This document shows, piece after piece, positions 60,731 to 64,000 of a stretch of DNA of 64,000 bases. Origin of the DNA: Clostridiales bacterium DTU086 (GTDB lineage: Bacteria > Bacillota > DTU086). A program made the translations under genes and the position numbers. Every line of letters starts with the position of its first letter. The stretch's first letter is position 1. Location of the stretch: contig LFTO01000116.1 in NCBI GenBank assembly GCA_001513335.1, positions 536-64,535 of the forward strand, in the 5' to 3' direction. Under the pieces are notes generated by a model that was not told where the DNA came from, did no database searches, and worked only from the letters and a program-made list of their open reading frames with translations.

Positions 60731-61606
60731 GTGGCAGCAGCAATTGGAGTAGTTCTAAACGAAGAGAAACCCCAGGCAATCAAAACAGGTCAGGAACTGT
60801 ATCACTGGCTGAGCCGCCGGGACATTGAAATATACTTTGTTCATGAAACGGCGGAACTTGTGGGATATCCTGAGTGCGGCTTAGGCGAAAAGGACTTAAT
60901 CCAGGCCGTGGATTTTCTGGTTAGCCTTGGTGGTGACGGGACACTTCTTTATGCTGCCCGGATTGCCGGAGCCAGCGAAAAGCCTATACTGGGGGTAAAT
61001 CTTGGCAATTTTGGCTTTCTTGTTGCTGTGGAACCAAAAAACATTTATCACAGCTTGGAAAAAGTACTTGCAGGTGATTACATCTGTGACAAGAGAATGG
61101 TTATTAAATCTACCGTTTACCGGAATGGTGAGCCAACTGATGTGGCATACGGTTTGAATGATGTTGTTATTACAAAAGGGGGTTTTTCCCGCATGATTCG
61201 GCTGGCGACTTATGTTGCCGGCGAATATGTAAATAATTTCCCTGCAGACGGGATAATTGTGTCTTCGCCCACCGGTTCTACCGGGTACTCTTTGTCGGCT
61301 GGCGGCCCTATTGTATCGCCAAAAGTCGATGTAATCATTATTACTCCAATATGCCCACATACTCTTTATACACGACCGTTGGTTATTTCTCCTGAGGAAG
61401 AAGTCAGGTTAATTCTGGAGACAGCCGATTCGGAAGTAGTCTTAACAATTGACGGCCAGGTTGGTTTTGTCCTCCAAAAGGGAGATGAAGTTGTACTGGA
61501 GCGGGCTCCCTATAGAACTCAATTAATCAGGTTTCCTGAATGGAATTTTTACGATGTTGTAAGAAATAAACTGAACAAGGGAGAAAGAAATGGCCAGGCT
61601 TTTTAG
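60731..61606 (+). CDS. nadK: NAD(+) kinase
   Basis: GTG start with an AGGAGG RBS. GGDGTLL motif, DGIIVSSPTGSTGYSLSAGGP. Confidence 0.9.
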   Translation: MAAAIGVVLNEEKPQAIKTGQELYHWLSRRDIEIYFVHETAELVGYPECGLGEKDLIQAVDFLVSLGGDGTLLYAARIAGASEKPILGVNLGNFGFLVAVEPKNIYHSLEKVLAGDYICDKRMVIKSTVYRNGEPTDVAYGLNDVVITKGGFSRMIRLATYVAGEYVNNFPADGIIVSSPTGSTGYSLSAGGPIVSPKVDVIIITPICPHTLYTRPLVISPEEEVRLILETADSEVVLTIDGQVGFVLQKGDEVVLERAPYRTQLIRFPEWNFYDVVRNKLNKGERNGQAF

Positions 61607-62156
61607 TAACGCAGTAACCCTGTCACATAAATTTATTGCTGAAGTTGTCTGCTTGGGTGATACTGTTATTGATGCAACAGTAGGCAATGGTAGTGATACG
61701 CTGTTTCTGGCGCAATTAGTAGGTGCCACAGGGCGGGTTATAGGATTTGATACTCAACCGTCCGCCCTGGAAAGGACCGGAGACAGGCTTAAGGAGGTTG
61801 GGCTCAGACAACGGGTTTCCTTAATACATTCGGGACATGAGAACCTAACCAAACATGTTAAGGAGCCGGTTAAAGCGTGCATGTTCAATCTAGGGTACCT
61901 TCCCGGAGGAGAACACAGCATCGTGACTCTCCCGGGGACAACGAAAGCGGCTATTGAGCAGGCTCTGACTGTCCTTGAAAGGAACGGGTTGATTACAGTG
62001 GTTATTTATACCGGGCACACAGGGGGAACCGAAGAAGCAGCGGCTGTTGCTGAAGTGGTATCTAAACTGCCGCAACACCTCTGGGATGTAGCCGAAATTA
62101 CCTTTCCAAACCGAAAAAATCACCCGCCATATTTGTTGACAATCCAGAGGAGGTGA
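61590..62156 (+). CDS. SAM-dependent methyltransferase of the YtqB/MnmM (rRNA_methylase) family
   Basis: VIDATVGNGSDTLFLA..GRVIGFD..HTGG; about 188 aa as in YtqB. Confidence 0.6.
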   Translation: MARLFSNAVTLSHKFIAEVVCLGDTVIDATVGNGSDTLFLAQLVGATGRVIGFDTQPSALERTGDRLKEVGLRQRVSLIHSGHENLTKHVKEPVKACMFNLGYLPGGEHSIVTLPGTTKAAIEQALTVLERNGLITVVIYTGHTGGTEEAAAVAEVVSKLPQHLWDVAEITFPNRKNHPPYLLTIQRR

Positions 62157-62162
62157 ACCTTT

Positions 62163-62612
62163 TTGAAAGCAGAGCGGCAGAGGGCCATTTTGAGACTTAT
62201 TGCAGAAGAGCCGATAGAGACACAGCTGCAGCTGGCCAATAAACTTAAAAGTAAAGGTTTTAAAGTTACGCAGGCTACCATTTCCCGGGATATTAAAGAA
62301 TTGGGTTTGATAAAAATTCCCGGAAAAAACAATAAATATAATTATGCCGCACCCCCGGAACACCGTGTTACCAACGTTTTTGGCCGTTTGGAAAGGATGT
62401 TTCAAGATTCTGTTGTCAGTTTTGAAGACAGTGAAAACCTGATACTGGTAAAAACCCTTCCCGGGACAGCACATGCGGTTGCTTCGTGCCTGGATAATAT
62501 TACCTGGAAAGAGATCATAGGCACAGTGGCAGGCGATGATACTATTCTGGTAATTATTAAACCTAAAGAAGCTGTAGGAGAAGTAATGGAGAAGTTCCGG
62601 TCGCTCTTGTAA
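62163..62612 (+). CDS. argR: arginine repressor
   Basis: KAERQRAILRLIAE..QLQLANKLKSKGFKVTQATISRDIKELGL; the C-terminal GTVAGDDTILV is the arginine-binding region. Confidence 0.9.
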   Translation: MKAERQRAILRLIAEEPIETQLQLANKLKSKGFKVTQATISRDIKELGLIKIPGKNNKYNYAAPPEHRVTNVFGRLERMFQDSVVSFEDSENLILVKTLPGTAHAVASCLDNITWKEIIGTVAGDDTILVIIKPKEAVGEVMEKFRSLL

Positions 62613-62624
62613 GGGGGATTGATG

Positions 62625-64000
62625 ATGCTGAGAGAGCTGTTCATACAAAATATTGCAATTATAGATAATTTGGCTCTAAAGCTCCATCCCGGCTTAAATG
62701 TAATCACAGGTGAAACAGGAGCCGGAAAATCGGTGATAATAGGCTCCTTAGGGCTGCTTCTTGGCTTCAGGGCTTCCAGTGATGTACTCAGAAGCGGTTG
62801 TGAAAAAGGATTCGTAACCGGGGCCTTTGAAATTGATAGTTTATTTTATGAAAAACTTTCCCGGTATGCAATTCCTGATTTGGAGGACGGAATCCTAACC
62901 CTTTCCAGGGAAATATCCCGGGAAGGAAGAAACCTGTGTAGGATCAATGAAAAAATTTTTTCCCTCACCGCTTTTAAGGCAGTTGGGTCACTGCTCATCG
63001 ATATCTATGGTCAAAATGAAGAAAGGGGTCTTCTTGTTCCTTCCAATCAGTTGGACATTCTCGACCAATTCGGCGGGGACAGACTAATAGAATGGAAAAA
63101 GTCAGCGGGGGAATGTTTTAGGAAGTTGGCATCACTGGAACAGGAAATAGAGGAAGCCAAGTTTCGCCAGGAGGAAATAAGGGCAAAAACGGATTTTCTT
63201 GAATACCAATTAAATGAACTTGTGGAAGCCAATTTACAGGATAAGGATGAGGAACAGCATCTGGAGGAAGAAATTCGCATTTTATCCGGTGCCGAATCTC
63301 TAGTCCAAAACAGTCTGGAAATTTACGGGCTGCTCTTTGGATTTGACCAGGGAAGCTCTGCCTACGATAAAGTAAGCAGGTCTTTAGAAATCCTGGAAAA
63401 AATGAAAACCATTGATCCATTACTGGGTGAAAAAGAAGAAATTATAAAAAATGCCCTGTACTCAATAGAAGAGGTTTCCGATTTTTTCAGGACCTATGCC
63501 GATAGTGTTGAAAGCGATCCTCAAAGACTTGAAATGCTTCAGGACCGCCTTACATTCCTGCGAAAATTGCAGGACAAATATAAAAAATCAATAGAAGAAT
63601 TAATACCGTTCCGGGACGAAATAGCTTCCACTCTGGAGAATCAGAGCATAAGTCAATACAAAATTGAAGAAATGGAAAAAGAAAAAAATAATCTGATGAA
63701 TAAATATATGGAAGCAGGAGAGACTCTAACAAAAGTAAGGAGGGAAACTGCAGATTTTTTGTCCCAACAGGTTTCGGCTATTCTTAAGGAATTGGAAATG
63801 AGAGACTCTCGTTTTCAGGTGGATTTTTCCCAAAAGGCAGAGTTTTCCGAGAACGGTATGGATGAAGTCCAGTTTGTTTTTTCTGCAAATAAGGGTGAGC
63901 CGTTAAAACCCTTACAGAAAGTAGCCTCCGGGGGCGAGCTGTCTCGTTTAATGCTGTCATTGAAAAGTGTTCTTGCCGAAGTTGATTCCCTTCCCGTCCT
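62625..64000 (+). CDS. recN: DNA repair protein RecN (5' part; continues past the window end)
   Basis: MLRELFIQNIAIIDNLALKLHPGLNVITGETGAGKS is the SMC-like Walker A. No stop codon before the window end. Confidence 0.85.
   Translation, partial: MLRELFIQNIAIIDNLALKLHPGLNVITGETGAGKSVIIGSLGLLLGFRASSDVLRSGCEKGFVTGAFEIDSLFYEKLSRYAIPDLEDGILTLSREISREGRNLCRINEKIFSLTAFKAVGSLLIDIYGQNEERGLLVPSNQLDILDQFGGDRLIEWKKSAGECFRKLASLEQEIEEAKFRQEEIRAKTDFLEYQLNELVEANLQDKDEEQHLEEEIRILSGAESLVQNSLEIYGLLFGFDQGSSAYDKVSRSLEILEKMKTIDPLLGEKEEIIKNALYSIEEVSDFFRTYADSVESDPQRLEMLQDRLTFLRKLQDKYKKSIEELIPFRDEIASTLENQSISQYKIEEMEKEKNNLMNKYMEAGETLTKVRRETADFLSQQVSAILKELEMRDSRFQVDFSQKAEFSENGMDEVQFVFSANKGEPLKPLQKVASGGELSRLMLSLKSVLAEVDSLPV

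Noticed and set aside
1-64000. CRISPR arrays, integrases, transposases, prophage or defence islands
   Set aside because: No regularly spaced direct repeats with unique spacers and no recombinase or transposase ORFs were seen. The window looks like core chromosome, and its only repeats are the short elements described in the findings.

Overview
This 64-kb window reads as a chromosomal segment from an anaerobic, endospore-forming Firmicute, probably a Clostridia/Peptococcaceae-type genome. Nearly all genes sit on the + strand. I found no integrase, transposase, reverse transcriptase or CRISPR array. The recognisable content is as follows. There is a complete eight-gene spoIIIA operon preceded by efp and a zinc-ribbon gene. 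Next comes a block with Bacillus-like gene order, nusB-folD-xseA-xseB-ispA-[~700 nt non-coding]-membrane protein-dxs-tlyA-nadK-argR-recN. Judging by position, by its strong promoter and by the OapA-like membrane gene downstream, the 700-nt gap is an OLE (ornate large extremophilic) RNA locus. Housekeeping genes present are typA/bipA, thiL, ahcY, folE, lepB, surE, aroQ, the tldD/pmbA pair, an EF-G paralogue, ggt, dxs and nadK. Two solitary tRNA genes (Arg-CCG and Trp-CCA), both on the - strand, each carry a textbook sigma-A promoter and an intrinsic terminator. There is a split HgdB-like/activase three-gene cluster with a Fur-family regulator. Biotin-dependent carboxylase components (12S carboxyltransferase at one site, and a 5S carboxyltransferase fused to a biotin carrier plus biotin carboxylase at another) suggest methylmalonyl-CoA/pyruvate carboxyl-transfer metabolism. 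The most unusual unexplained signal is a ~113-nt imperfect long-hairpin element present twice (19057-19169 and 42713-42826). The copies lie in opposite orientations at about 80% identity, both in intergenic 3' regions. This looks like a structured RNA or a MITE-like family. Other unexplained signals are a stand-alone 41-codon ORF with its own ribosome-binding site and terminator, an attenuator-like leader with tandem 17-nt repeats abutting the ribosome-binding site of a phenylacetate-CoA-ligase-like gene, a perfect palindrome in the spacer of a sigma-A promoter upstream of the carboxylase genes, and several phased short repeats in promoter regions. All calls are by eye from the sequence and the ORF translations. 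No searches were run.
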